Shown here piece after piece: positions 10,147-19,786 of a stretch of DNA of 64,000 nt (position 1 is its first letter; every line of letters starts with the position of its first letter). The notes under the pieces are model-generated. The model did no database searches and had not been told where the DNA came from. It worked only from the letters and a program-made list of their open reading frames with translations. The position numbers and the translations under genes are program-made. The stretch comes from Candidatus Brocadiia bacterium (GTDB lineage: Bacteria > Planctomycetota > Brocadiia > CAIUPP01), in contig JBEKCB010000010.1 in the NCBI GenBank assembly GCA_050015075.1, forward strand, positions 1 through 64,000, in the 5' to 3' direction.

Positions 10147-10553
10147 GGCCGGCCCTCCCGCGCGAACAGCCCGATCGCTTCGGCGTGCATCGGAATCCCG
10201 GAGGGCGTCCGCCACTCGACGCGCACCGTCGCCGACTTCAACCCGGCCTCGATCTCCGTCACCAGAATCCTGCCGTGCGCTTCCCGCAATTGTTTCGCGG
10301 CCGGCAGGGTCAGCGGGGCGTTCTCGTCGGTCCGCATTTCGTCGTAAGGAAGCGCGCGCAACCGCTCCATCTCGCTCTCCGCGATGAGCTGCGCGGCGAA
10401 CTGTTCATGCGCGCCGCGGAGTTCCCGCACCTCCGTCCGAAAGAAGACGACCGCGGCGAACACCCCAACGCCCAGGACCATCAGGGCGGCGGCGCCGTCC
10501 ACCAGCAGAAAGCCCTTTGACCCGGCGCGCGATTCCCGGTTCGCTCTCACCAT
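10143..10553 (-). CDS. Minor pseudopilin (GspI/PilV-like)
   Basis: GSKG|FLLVD leader, hydrophobic helix, AQLIAESEMERLRALPY motif. Confidence 0.78.
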   Translation of the reverse strand: MVRANRESRAGSKGFLLVDGAAALMVLGVGVFAAVVFFRTEVRELRGAHEQFAAQLIAESEMERLRALPYDEMRTDENAPLTLPAAKQLREAHGRILVTEIEAGLKSATVRVEWRTPSGIPMHAEAIGLFAREGRP

Positions 10554-11770
10554 GCCGCCCCCCAAAAGGCGATGTAGGGCGAGAGCACCGCCAGGGCCAG
10601 CAGGAACACCAGCACTCCCAGGATGACGGACAGCGCCGGCGGCAGGCAGCGGATGAACGTCTGGGCCTTGCGCTCGTACCGGACGCGATAGTCATCGGCC
10701 AGGGCGGAGAGCGCCTCCGCCAGCGAGCCGCCGATCTCGCCGGCGAGGATGCTGCGCGTGAACGCCCACGGAATCGCGCGGTCTTCGCGCGCCGCCTGGG
10801 AAAGCGGTTTCCCTTTCTCAGCCTCCGCGCCCAGTTGCTCCAGCGCCGCCGACAGCCGCGCCGAGCCGGAAGCCTCAGCGGTAAGCCGCAGCGCCAACGG
10901 CGCGGGGACCCGCGCCCGGATCAGCAGGGCCAGCGTGTCGGCCGCGTTGGACCAGAGCAACGCCTCGTACAGCTCGCCGAGGAACGGCAGCCTGACGCAT
11001 ATCGCTTCGCGGAGCCTCCGAAAGGCCCGCTCCCGGCCCATCCAGCGCCAGACTCGGAACAGAAAGACGACCAATGCTCCCAGGATCACCAGGTACAGCA
11101 TGCCGGACGCCGTCCGTGCGGTCATGAGGGTCGTCACGGCCGGGATCTTCATGCCCAGCGAGTCGGCCACGGGCGTGATCTTCCCCTGGAGAATGACGAC
11201 GGCGAACGCTCCGAGGAAGCTGCACGCCACAATGAAGAGCAGGACGGGGTAAACGAAAGCCTCGAAGACGCCTTTTCGGAACCGGAGGCTCGCGCGGATA
11301 TTGCGGCTCAGCGCGAGCAGCACGTCCGAGAGATTGCCCGCAGCCGCCCCGGCCTGCAGCAGCCTTCCGTAAAGACGCGGGAATCCGCACCGCTCCAAGG
11401 CGAACGCCTCGCTCGGCGGCTCGCCCCGTTCGAGCGCGCTCATGACCAGCGCCAGCGCCTCCTGAAACCGCCGCCCCTGGGCGCCGCGCGAGAGATCGCG
11501 CATCCCTTCCAGCAGCGGCACGCCGCGTTGAATCGCCGAGGCCAGGAGTTCATTGAACCGGGCGAAGTCCTCGGCCGAGATGCCCGGCGGCTTAAGTCGG
11601 TCCGGCGCCAGCCGCCGGGCGAAGCTCACCCGGCCGCCCGCCTTCCGCACTTTCTCCTCCGCGGCGACCACGTCCGCGGCATCGGACGCCGTCACGGTCA
11701 TCGGCGCGCCGGTCGGGTCATAACCGACCATCTCCACGCGAGCGCCTTCCTGCGGCGGCGACTCCGGCAT
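10547..11770 (-). CDS. Type II secretion / type IV pilus platform protein, GspF/PilC family (copy 1)
   Basis: Two T2SSF-like domains (GVPLLEG...AGAAAGNL; AGEIGGSLAEAL), YP before the TM helix, C-terminal TM. Confidence 0.88.
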   Translation of the reverse strand: MPESPPQEGARVEMVGYDPTGAPMTVTASDAADVVAAEEKVRKAGGRVSFARRLAPDRLKPPGISAEDFARFNELLASAIQRGVPLLEGMRDLSRGAQGRRFQEALALVMSALERGEPPSEAFALERCGFPRLYGRLLQAGAAAGNLSDVLLALSRNIRASLRFRKGVFEAFVYPVLLFIVACSFLGAFAVVILQGKITPVADSLGMKIPAVTTLMTARTASGMLYLVILGALVVFLFRVWRWMGRERAFRRLREAICVRLPFLGELYEALLWSNAADTLALLIRARVPAPLALRLTAEASGSARLSAALEQLGAEAEKGKPLSQAAREDRAIPWAFTRSILAGEIGGSLAEALSALADDYRVRYERKAQTFIRCLPPALSVILGVLVFLLALAVLSPYIAFWGAAW

Positions 11771-11774
11771 GCGC

Positions 11775-12983
11775 TCAGCCTCCCAACGAATTCATCACCT
11801 TGAGGATCGGAAGGTAAAGCCCGATGACCACGCAAGCTACGAGGACCCCGATGGCGATGATCGCCAGCGGCGGCGCGGTCCGGGCCGCGATCGAAGCGAG
11901 CCAGGAAAAGTTCGCGGCGTAATCATCCCCCAATCGCATCAGCCCCTCGGACAAATCCGCGCGGTCGGCCAAACTGCGGGCGAACCAGGCGGCGCGGCGG
12001 TCCACGGCCGCCTGGTCCATCGCGTCGCCCAGCGCAACTCCGCGCTCGGCCAGGTCCGCCGCGCGCCGCACGCGCTCCCGAAACCACGGATTCAGGGTGC
12101 CTTCGGCGATGACCCGGAGCGCCCGGTGCGCCGGCGTCCCGACGCGCAGCAGCATGGCCAGCTCCCGGCAAAATTCCCTCAACTGCGCTCGACGCATGGA
12201 GTGCTGATAGAACGGTATCGCGTACGCGGCCCTGACCCATGGCGCAACCGTTGGCCCGGCCGCGCGAAGGAACGGCCTGCGCAGGCTGTGGCGAAGGCCG
12301 AAGGCGATAAACAGGACGAGCAGCGCAATCGGAAGAGTCCACAGGTGAATGGCGGCCCAATGCCGCATCTGCATCACGTGCTGCGTCAGGGCTGGAAGCT
12401 GCACATCCATTTCGGTGAACATCTGGGCATAGCGCGGAAGGATTATAAGGACGATGACCGCGAAAAGGCCGCTCAAGGCCATCGCCAGGACCAGGGGATA
12501 GACGAATTCGGCCACAAGCTGGCCGCGCAATTCGGCGAACCGCCGGCGTTCCTGGACCACCAGGTCCAGCGCGTCCGGGAGGTTCCCGCTCATCTCGCCG
12601 ACCCGGAGCACCTCCGCCTCGGCGGCGGAGACGAGTTTCCGGGAAGGCCAGAAGCGCGCCCATCGGCCCAGCCGCCGGTCCGACTCGATGGCCACCGAGG
12701 CGAGCGCGTCGCCGACCAGTTGCCCCTCGGCCAGGCCTTCCGTCACGAGGCGCAGCGCTTCCTGGCGGCCGTGGGACAGCCGCTGGGAACTCTGGCCCAG
12801 GCCGTTCGTGAGCGGCAGGTGGAGCCGCGTCAGCGCGCGGATGTGCTCCAGGAGGAACGTGCTGAACAGCCGCCGGCGCGCGGCCAGCAGGGCGTGGATC
12901 AAAAGCAGCGCCGCCGCGATCCACGCCATGGTCAAACCCGCACCGACGACGAACGCGCCGAGAGCGTTTTGTTCCTCGCCCAT
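11775..12983 (-). CDS. GspF/PilC family protein (copy 2) with an extra N-terminal TM helix
   Basis: VGEMSGNL, VYPLV, ILPRYAQMF, C-terminal GLYLPI; start MGEEQ lies just after the upstream stop. Confidence 0.88.
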   Translation of the reverse strand: MGEEQNALGAFVVGAGLTMAWIAAALLLIHALLAARRRLFSTFLLEHIRALTRLHLPLTNGLGQSSQRLSHGRQEALRLVTEGLAEGQLVGDALASVAIESDRRLGRWARFWPSRKLVSAAEAEVLRVGEMSGNLPDALDLVVQERRRFAELRGQLVAEFVYPLVLAMALSGLFAVIVLIILPRYAQMFTEMDVQLPALTQHVMQMRHWAAIHLWTLPIALLVLFIAFGLRHSLRRPFLRAAGPTVAPWVRAAYAIPFYQHSMRRAQLREFCRELAMLLRVGTPAHRALRVIAEGTLNPWFRERVRRAADLAERGVALGDAMDQAAVDRRAAWFARSLADRADLSEGLMRLGDDYAANFSWLASIAARTAPPLAIIAIGVLVACVVIGLYLPILKVMNSLGG

Positions 12984-12985
12984 TA

Positions 12986-14056
12986 TCACCAGCCCCCCAA
13001 ACCGTACGTGCCTGTGAACATTCTGAACAAAATCAGAAGCGGTGACAACATGATGACCGCCGTCACGCCTACGGCCTGAAACGCCAGAATGGCGAAGATC
13101 AGACGGAGGAAAAAGGAAGCCACGTAGCCGTAGTCCTCCGCCTGACGTTGATACAGGCCCTGCGCGATCGGCCAGACCTGCCGGTGGCTGCCGGACTTGG
13201 CGGAGGCGGTCACCATCCAATTCAGCTCGTCGGGGAAAAACCGTTCCTGCTGCATCGCTTCGCCGAGCTTCACTCCGCGGATGATCTGCGCCTGCACGTT
13301 TCGGCTGGCTTTCTGCACGCGCGCATTGCCGGAGCTGTCTCCGGCCAACTGCACCGCGGCCGGTTCCGCGACTCCGGCCTCGAACAGCATCCCCGCCGTA
13401 CCGCACCACCGCGCGACGTGCTGCCGATGGATCACCCGCCCGATCAAGGGGACCTTCATCCGGACGAGGTCCAGCCAGCCATGGCCGGGGAGGCGGCGCA
13501 ACGGCATTAGGTAAAGAAGGACGAGAAGACTCGCCGGGAGGAGCAGCGACACGACCGCTTCAATCTCGAAAAACAGAAAGAACGGATTCTTCCAACCGAT
13601 GCGGAAAGGAACCGTGACGTCCAGAGCCTCGATGATGCCCTGCTCGAACGCCGTGAACTGCGGCAGGACCCAGGCATTCAGGAAAAGCATCATGGCGAGC
13701 GCGGCGAAGGCGATGACCAGGGGATAAAGGATGGCGTGAGCGATGTTGTAGTGCAAGGTCTGTTGAGTGCGCGCATGATCGGACAGGGCGCGCAGCACCT
13801 CGGCCAGCCGGCCGCTGCGCTCGCCCGCCTCGATCGCTTGCGGGACGCCGAGCATGAAAACCCCGGTCTCGTCCGCCGCGGCGGAAAGACTGCGGCCCCG
13901 GCGCATGGCCTCGGCCAGCCGCCGGGCGACTTTCCCCCGGCGGCCTCCGGCGCCGCCCAGTTCCTCCAGCGCCTCGGGCAGCGGCCTTCCGCGGGAGACG
14001 GCCTGCGCGGTCTCCATGAACAGCCAGTCCTGGTCGGAACTGCGCAACATGCTCAT
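12986..14056 (-). CDS. GspF/PilC family protein (copy 3)
   Basis: AGERSGRLAEVL, AILYPLVI, VLPQF, KVPLIG motifs. Confidence 0.88.
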   Translation of the reverse strand: MSMLRSSDQDWLFMETAQAVSRGRPLPEALEELGGAGGRRGKVARRLAEAMRRGRSLSAAADETGVFMLGVPQAIEAGERSGRLAEVLRALSDHARTQQTLHYNIAHAILYPLVIAFAALAMMLFLNAWVLPQFTAFEQGIIEALDVTVPFRIGWKNPFFLFFEIEAVVSLLLPASLLVLLYLMPLRRLPGHGWLDLVRMKVPLIGRVIHRQHVARWCGTAGMLFEAGVAEPAAVQLAGDSSGNARVQKASRNVQAQIIRGVKLGEAMQQERFFPDELNWMVTASAKSGSHRQVWPIAQGLYQRQAEDYGYVASFFLRLIFAILAFQAVGVTAVIMLSPLLILFRMFTGTYGLGGW

Positions 14057-14214
14057 AGGCCGGCCGTCCTCGTCATGCGCGCGACCGGCGGACGATCAGC
14101 GATGATCGGATACGGGTCCGCCTTCGCCAAGATTGTACCGCGGCGGCTTCGATTTGTCTTGCGTTTATCAGTATTCATTCTTTTCATTTCGCACTCGCAT
14201 TGGCGGCATGGCAT
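14053..14214 (-). CDS. Possible 53-aa small ORF coupling gspE to gspF
   Basis: Its ATG overlaps the gspE stop (TGATG) and its stop overlaps the gspF start (ATGA). Translation: MPCRQCECEMKRMNTDKRKTNRSRRGTILAKADPYPIIADRPPVARMTRTAGL. Confidence 0.3.
   Translation of the reverse strand: MPCRQCECEMKRMNTDKRKTNRSRRGTILAKADPYPIIADRPPVARMTRTAGL
14132..14160 (-). promoter_or_regulatory. Possible internal sigma70 promoter upstream of the gspF/pilin genes
   Basis: AAGACA-N17-TACAAT on the minus strand; same TACAATCT -10 context as the candidates at 38547 and 62393. Confidence 0.35.
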
Positions 14215-15431
14215 CAGCCTCCCAGCACGCGGCGAATCTCGGCCCGGGAGGTCACTCCGTCGCGGACCGCCTGCTCGGCGGCCTCGCGGAGGCTCCGCAT
14301 TCCCGGTGCGACCGCCGCCTGGATCGCCTCGATGGGAGACCGTTCGAGGATCTTCTGCCGGAGGTCCCCGCTCATCGTCAGGGCTTCGGCCAGGACCGTC
14401 CGCCCGCGGTAGCCGGTCTGGAAGCAGCTCTCGCAGCCCACGGGCGCATATCCGGCAATGGAGGCGCCCGCGCCGCGCTCACCGGAAGGCTTTCGGCATC
14501 CGGTGCAGAGCTTGCGGACGAGACGTTGCGCGACGACGAAATTCACCGACGACGCGATCAGGTACGGCTGGGCGCCCATGTCGAGCAGTCGCGCGAAAAC
14601 CCCCGGCGCCGTCCCGCTGTGGATGGTGCTGAGGACCAGGTGCCCGGTCAGCCCGGCCTCGGTGGCGATCTCGGCCGTCTCCCGGTCGCGGATCTCGCCC
14701 ACGACGATTACCTCCGGGTCCTGCCGCATCAGCGACCGCAGGCAGCGCGCGAAGGTCAAGCCCGACGGCGGATGCACCTGGGTCTGCGAGACGCCCGCCA
14801 GCGCGCGCTCCACCGGGTCCTCCACGCTCACGATGTTCCGCTCGCCCCTGGCCTGCTCCAGGATGAACCGGAGCGCCGCGTAGATGGAGGTGGTCTTGCC
14901 GGAGCCGGCGGGGCCGGTGAAAAGGATCGTCCCGGTCGGCTGGACAAGCTGGTGCTCCAGGGAGAGGCGGAGTTCGTCGGGATAGCCGAGGTCCTCCAGG
15001 CGGACGTCCTGCGTCGCCGGATCGAACAACCGGATCACCACCTTTTCGCCATGGACGGTCGGGAAGGTGGAAGCGCGGAGGTCCGCGGGCGCGCCGACTT
15101 TGTCCCGGCTGATCCGGCCTTCCTGCGGCACGTCCGTCTGGTACGTCAGCAGGTCCGCCAGCACCTTGACGCGCGCGATGACGTTCTGCGCCAGCGCGGT
15201 CCGGCTGGCGACGGGCGGATGCAGCACCCCGTCCAGCCGGAACCGCACCAGGACTTCCTCGCCGGCGGGCTCGATGTGGATGTCGCTGGCGCCGCGGCGG
15301 ATGCCTTCGCGGATCACTTCATCCACCCACGCGACGGCGCCTTCGGACCCTTTGTCGGCCAGCGCCTGGAGACGAGACTTGAAGTCCAATGCCTTCTCCC
15401 CGGTCTGCGATTCTTTGTTGCGAGCGTTCAT
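14214..15431 (-). CDS. GspE/PilB/ComGA family assembly ATPase (short, no N1 domain)
   Basis: ASDIHIEP, Walker A GPAGSGKTT, VEDPVE Asp box, RQDPEVIVVGEIRD, GHLVLSTIH, CxxC...CxxC. Confidence 0.95.
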   Translation of the reverse strand: MNARNKESQTGEKALDFKSRLQALADKGSEGAVAWVDEVIREGIRRGASDIHIEPAGEEVLVRFRLDGVLHPPVASRTALAQNVIARVKVLADLLTYQTDVPQEGRISRDKVGAPADLRASTFPTVHGEKVVIRLFDPATQDVRLEDLGYPDELRLSLEHQLVQPTGTILFTGPAGSGKTTSIYAALRFILEQARGERNIVSVEDPVERALAGVSQTQVHPPSGLTFARCLRSLMRQDPEVIVVGEIRDRETAEIATEAGLTGHLVLSTIHSGTAPGVFARLLDMGAQPYLIASSVNFVVAQRLVRKLCTGCRKPSGERGAGASIAGYAPVGCESCFQTGYRGRTVLAEALTMSGDLRQKILERSPIEAIQAAVAPGMRSLREAAEQAVRDGVTSRAEIRRVLGG

Positions 15432-16984
15432 TCGTTGGCTGCAACCTTCGCGAGCCGCCGTCCGATTTGCCGGTGCAGCACCGCCGCGATGACGAGCGGA
15501 ATAGCACCGAAGAAGATAATTACGGTTTCGTTCCCGCTTCCCAGCAGGAACGCAAAGAGAAAATTGAGCATGGCGGTAGTCAACGTTTCCCCGACGAACA
15601 TGAGCGCCAGCGCCGCGAGGATGGCTCCGTACTTGAGCACCAGTGAAAGATAAACCGCCAGGTGGAGGAAAAGCACAGCCTGAGCAAAGCCGATGAAACA
15701 AACCTCAAACCAATCGTTGCCGCTTAGCTCGCCACGAATCCAGATGGAGACGGCCACAGCCAGGAACGTGTACGTAGCCGAAGGGATGAGGCCCAGCAGG
15801 CAACCGGCGACCTTGCGGTATGCCAGCGACGGAATGGAAACGGGCAGCAGGACAACGGCCGCGAGCGTCTGCCACTTCATCTCTTCGTTGAAGGCGCGCG
15901 ACGCGACCCAGGCCAGCTCGAAGATCAGGACCAACCCCATAACGTATCCGACGCCGAGGCAATACTCTCCGAGCGGCGTGCGGCTCCCATGCGATGTTGC
16001 GGCATATATCCCCACCAATGCCAAGCCTATGACCCAGAACTTGATGAGCACCATCGTCCAGCCGCCGGCGACGAAGTTGAAATCCTTCCACACGAGCGCG
16101 TTCGGCCAGGCGCGCCCCGGACTGAAGATGCGGAACCGCGACTTGCTCTTCGCCAGGAGTCCGCGCGCGGGAGAGGCTTCTTTCTGCTGCCGCGTGAAGC
16201 GGTCGAATCCCGCCCACGCTGCGAGGAAGAACACCGCGCCCGCCAGCACGTTGCTCACGACCTGCCAACCGACCGGGAAGGCGGAGAACCCCGTCTGCAT
16301 GATCTGTTCGACGCGCGAGAACGGGGACGCACTGACTGCCCATTTGAAAATGAATTCCAGCGCGCAGTATAAAACACCCGACGGGTCCAAGTCCGTCTTA
16401 TTTTTCAGCCCGGCCAGCATGTCCTGCCCGAGCAGCGGACCGAAAAAGAACCCCGCGAGCATGATGCCCACAAGCCAGCCGGCGCCGGAGTTCCGGGAGG
16501 CGACGACGGAACAGCATAGCGCCAGGCCGCTGACGAAGACCACGTACGCCAGGAGCGTGGCATAGGCGGCGACGATCTGGACAGGGGCTATGCCGCCCAG
16601 TGTCACGGCCAGGAGCGTAAACGGAAACTGGACGGCCAGGAGAATGATCGCACCGATCATACGGGCGGTGGACTTGCCGAGGAGGATCGAGAGCGGGCTC
16701 AGACGCGTCATCCGCAGCAGCCCCAGCGTCATCTCCTCCTTCTCTTCCGTAATGGCGGAAGCGAAGTAGCTCAAACCCGCCAGCGTAATGAAGACCAGGT
16801 TGATCATGACGACGCTCTCGAAAAACGTCAGCCCCGGCGCACCGTAGAACCGACTGAGGCTCTGGAACTCCAGCAGGTAAAAACCGATCACGACCAGCAG
16901 CGCGAGCCGACCGAGGTAGAGCGTGAGCTGGCGCGATTCCACCCGGAGCGAGCGCGTGAACAACGCGAAGATCGGCAGGCTCAT
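15428..16984 (-). CDS. ABC-2 type permease (double-length)
   Basis: Many TM helices; SAITEEKEEMTLGLL and a second half AFNEEMKWQTL. Confidence 0.88.
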   Translation of the reverse strand: MSLPIFALFTRSLRVESRQLTLYLGRLALLVVIGFYLLEFQSLSRFYGAPGLTFFESVVMINLVFITLAGLSYFASAITEEKEEMTLGLLRMTRLSPLSILLGKSTARMIGAIILLAVQFPFTLLAVTLGGIAPVQIVAAYATLLAYVVFVSGLALCCSVVASRNSGAGWLVGIMLAGFFFGPLLGQDMLAGLKNKTDLDPSGVLYCALEFIFKWAVSASPFSRVEQIMQTGFSAFPVGWQVVSNVLAGAVFFLAAWAGFDRFTRQQKEASPARGLLAKSKSRFRIFSPGRAWPNALVWKDFNFVAGGWTMVLIKFWVIGLALVGIYAATSHGSRTPLGEYCLGVGYVMGLVLIFELAWVASRAFNEEMKWQTLAAVVLLPVSIPSLAYRKVAGCLLGLIPSATYTFLAVAVSIWIRGELSGNDWFEVCFIGFAQAVLFLHLAVYLSLVLKYGAILAALALMFVGETLTTAMLNFLFAFLLGSGNETVIIFFGAIPLVIAAVLHRQIGRRLAKVAANE

Positions 16985-17997
16985 GTCGGCACCCCCGGTT
17001 CCGTCAGGTCCATGAACGCGCGGTTGAGCTGGCCGGTGTCCTCCTGAAGGGAGGCCAACTCGCCGCCGCTGGCGATGATCGCCGACAGGACGGCGTTCAC
17101 CCCGAGCTTCTCGGCGTCGAAGGTGACGCGGTACGCCGCCTCTTCGTCCATCGGGCTGACGCCGGTCACGCCATCCATCTTCCGCAGCATCTCCTCGACG
17201 GGCGGGTGCGACCGGGCCAGCGCGATCACGTAACTGTGAATGCGCCCGTCCTGGACGAGCAGCGCGTGCTTTGAACCGGTGTATTTCACCACGCCGCGGT
17301 CAATGATGGTGAAGCTGTCGCACAGGGTGGCCAGTTCGCTCAGGATGTGCGAGCTGATGAAGATCGTCTTCCCCATCCGTCGCAGTTCCTTGAGGATCTC
17401 CATCAGCTCGATCCGCGCGCGCGGGTCCAGGCCGCTGGCCGGCTCGTCGAGGAGCAGGAGTTCCGGGTCGTGCACCAGGACCCGGGCCAGGCTGACGCGC
17501 TGCTGCATGCCGCGGGAGAGCGTCCGGATCAGGTCGTTCTGCCGCCCTTCCATGTCCGTGAGTTTCAGCACGTCGTGGATCACGCGGTCTCGCTCGGCCA
17601 GGGCCTGGCCGTAGGCCGCGGCGAAGAAGTCCAGGTACTCGAATATGGTCATCTGACGGTACATGCTGAAGTGGTCCGGCATGAAACTGAGCTTCGCGCG
17701 CACTTTCTTGTAGTCGCGGACGGCGTCCAGCCCGAAGAGGCGCGCTTCGCCCGACTTCGGCTTGAGCAGGGTCGCGAGGATTTTCAACATCGTGGTCTTG
17801 CCCGCGCCGTTCGGCCCCACGAAGCCGTGGATGGAACGGGGCTCGACCGAGAAGCTCACGCCGGAGAGCGCGCGGTGATTCTTGTACGAGAAATAGAGGT
17901 CCTTCACCTCGACGGCCGGCGGCGCGGACCGGCCCTCGGCGAGGCGAGCCGCGGGGAGTTCATGCGCTGCGGCCGGAACGTCGTTCGATTCGGCCAT
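16981..17997 (-). CDS. ABC transporter ATP-binding protein
   Basis: GPNGAGKTT, LSRGMQQR, LLLLDEPASGLDP, SSH. Confidence 0.95.
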   Translation of the reverse strand: MAESNDVPAAAHELPAARLAEGRSAPPAVEVKDLYFSYKNHRALSGVSFSVEPRSIHGFVGPNGAGKTTMLKILATLLKPKSGEARLFGLDAVRDYKKVRAKLSFMPDHFSMYRQMTIFEYLDFFAAAYGQALAERDRVIHDVLKLTDMEGRQNDLIRTLSRGMQQRVSLARVLVHDPELLLLDEPASGLDPRARIELMEILKELRRMGKTIFISSHILSELATLCDSFTIIDRGVVKYTGSKHALLVQDGRIHSYVIALARSHPPVEEMLRKMDGVTGVSPMDEEAAYRVTFDAEKLGVNAVLSAIIASGGELASLQEDTGQLNRAFMDLTEPGVPT

Positions 17998-17998
17998 G

Positions 17999-19786
17999 TC
18001 AGGTCTCCGGCTTGTAAAAAGTGAGATGGTAGAGCACGTAACCCTCTTCCCGGCCAAGGCCGGACTGCGTCATCTTCAAGCTGTCCGGCGCGCGGGCGAA
18101 GAGGAAAAGCTGGACCGCGTCGCCCGCCTGCGGCAGCACGAATTCATGACGAAACACGCCCGCTCCGCCGACCGCCCGGGCCATGAGCGGGCGAAGCATC
18201 TTTTGGAACCGCTCATCTGTTTTCAGGTCTTCGGAGTCTATTCGGCCCATCCGCCCGCCGAACTGAAACATCGTGAACTGGTCCGGCGGAAAGAATTGCT
18301 CGGCAGGTCGGCCGGCCCCGGCCGTCTGGATGCGACCGCCGAATGCAGCCATCGGGTAGCCGCAGCCTCGATAAAACGCCCAGGCTTCGACCATTCCGTT
18401 GGGCGGCGCGCCTTCCACCGCGAACGACTCCAGTTGCTCGCCGCCCTTCCATGTGACCACGTTCAGGCTCAGGTCGGGCCCGGAGAACCTTCCCCGGTGA
18501 AGTAGGGCGCGCGACGAATACAGGGGAATATCCACGCGGAAGTTTCCGTCGCGGCCGTTCTGAACCGTGCCGTTCACCGACTCCATTTGCGAGCAGGTCG
18601 AATACAGGTTCTGCGGGCACGGATGAGTCAACGTATAGTAAGCGCCGTCAATGACGAAGACATTCGTCCACTGGGAGACGTCCCACGCGCCGTGACCGAG
18701 CGGGCGCGCATAAGACAGGGTGTGGATCGCAGTGCTTTCGCCGTAACCGCGCCGCCCCACGACGCTGAACAACCATGCGAAGAGGGCGACCGCAACCAGG
18801 CAGAACGCGATCGTCCGGCGATAGTCGCGCCACTTCCGGCCCACGTAGAAGTTGACCGGCACGACGAGGATGACATAGACGGCGAGCAGCCCGTAGATGA
18901 TCGACCAGTTGTCCGCCGGTCGAGTCATGCTCTTCAGGTCGTCGAAGAGAAGGTCCTCCGGGCCGCCCATCATTGCTTTTTCGCTTACGTTCAGCTCGGG
19001 CATCGGGAACCCGTGAACCGCGAGGAAGTTCTCGCCGATCTCGCGCGCCGCCGCCGGGTGGCGGACGATCAGTCCCGCGCCCACGCGCAGGCGCTCGCCC
19101 GGCGCATTCAGCTCGGACATGTCCTCGGGGAAAACCGGGTATTTCCCGGTCGCGTCTTGGGCCAGGTGGACGATGCCGCCGGCCCGCGCCCAGTCCATGA
19201 AGGCCTGCCTGCGCGCCGCCTCCCAGTGCGGGACATGGTCCAGCACCACGCTGTGGAGCGTCTCCGCCGCGGAGACGCACGACGGGAAAAGGTTGTCCGG
19301 GAAACGCTTCAGGCCCGCCCAGACCTGGGATACCGATTCCGGGTCTTGCAGGCAGACGCACGCGGGCGGGCCCAGCCGCGGCGCGGGCAGCACTTCACGC
19401 CCACCCCGCTTCGGATCCCAGGTCAGCACCCAGGATTCATCTTCCTCGCGAACGTACACGTCGAACTGGACCCACCTTGCGGTGAAGGGCGCCAGGTAAC
19501 ACGGCTCGACGATCTCTTCCCCGACGCGTCCGCCAAGCCCATCGGTCCTGTGGAGCAACAGCGCTCCGTCATAGGCCGAGGGCGAGGGGTTCTCCAGGAG
19601 GACGGAGACCGGATTGAACCGTCCCGGCATGACCTTTCCGTCGAAGCCCCAGAGCGCGTCGCGGACCTCCAGCGCGGCGGCGCTGGAAGCGATCAATAGC
19701 ACGCCGGCCGCCGCGCAGAGGCCACGGTGGAAGCGGTCTCGCCGCAAGCGCCCGCCTTCGCATCCGGAACGACAAGGCCCCTTCAT
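17999..19786 (-). CDS. Secreted/membrane accessory protein of an ABC module
   Basis: Signal-like segment ending SAAA, two central TM helices (YVILVVPVNFY); paralog of 5863-7560. Confidence 0.85.
   Translation of the reverse strand: MKGPCRSGCEGGRLRRDRFHRGLCAAAGVLLIASSAAALEVRDALWGFDGKVMPGRFNPVSVLLENPSPSAYDGALLLHRTDGLGGRVGEEIVEPCYLAPFTARWVQFDVYVREEDESWVLTWDPKRGGREVLPAPRLGPPACVCLQDPESVSQVWAGLKRFPDNLFPSCVSAAETLHSVVLDHVPHWEAARRQAFMDWARAGGIVHLAQDATGKYPVFPEDMSELNAPGERLRVGAGLIVRHPAAAREIGENFLAVHGFPMPELNVSEKAMMGGPEDLLFDDLKSMTRPADNWSIIYGLLAVYVILVVPVNFYVGRKWRDYRRTIAFCLVAVALFAWLFSVVGRRGYGESTAIHTLSYARPLGHGAWDVSQWTNVFVIDGAYYTLTHPCPQNLYSTCSQMESVNGTVQNGRDGNFRVDIPLYSSRALLHRGRFSGPDLSLNVVTWKGGEQLESFAVEGAPPNGMVEAWAFYRGCGYPMAAFGGRIQTAGAGRPAEQFFPPDQFTMFQFGGRMGRIDSEDLKTDERFQKMLRPLMARAVGGAGVFRHEFVLPQAGDAVQLFLFARAPDSLKMTQSGLGREEGYVLYHLTFYKPET

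Noticed and set aside
5863-19786. Invertible segment between the inverted paralogs
   Set aside because: The paralogs are clearly diverged in DNA and there is no recombinase in the window.
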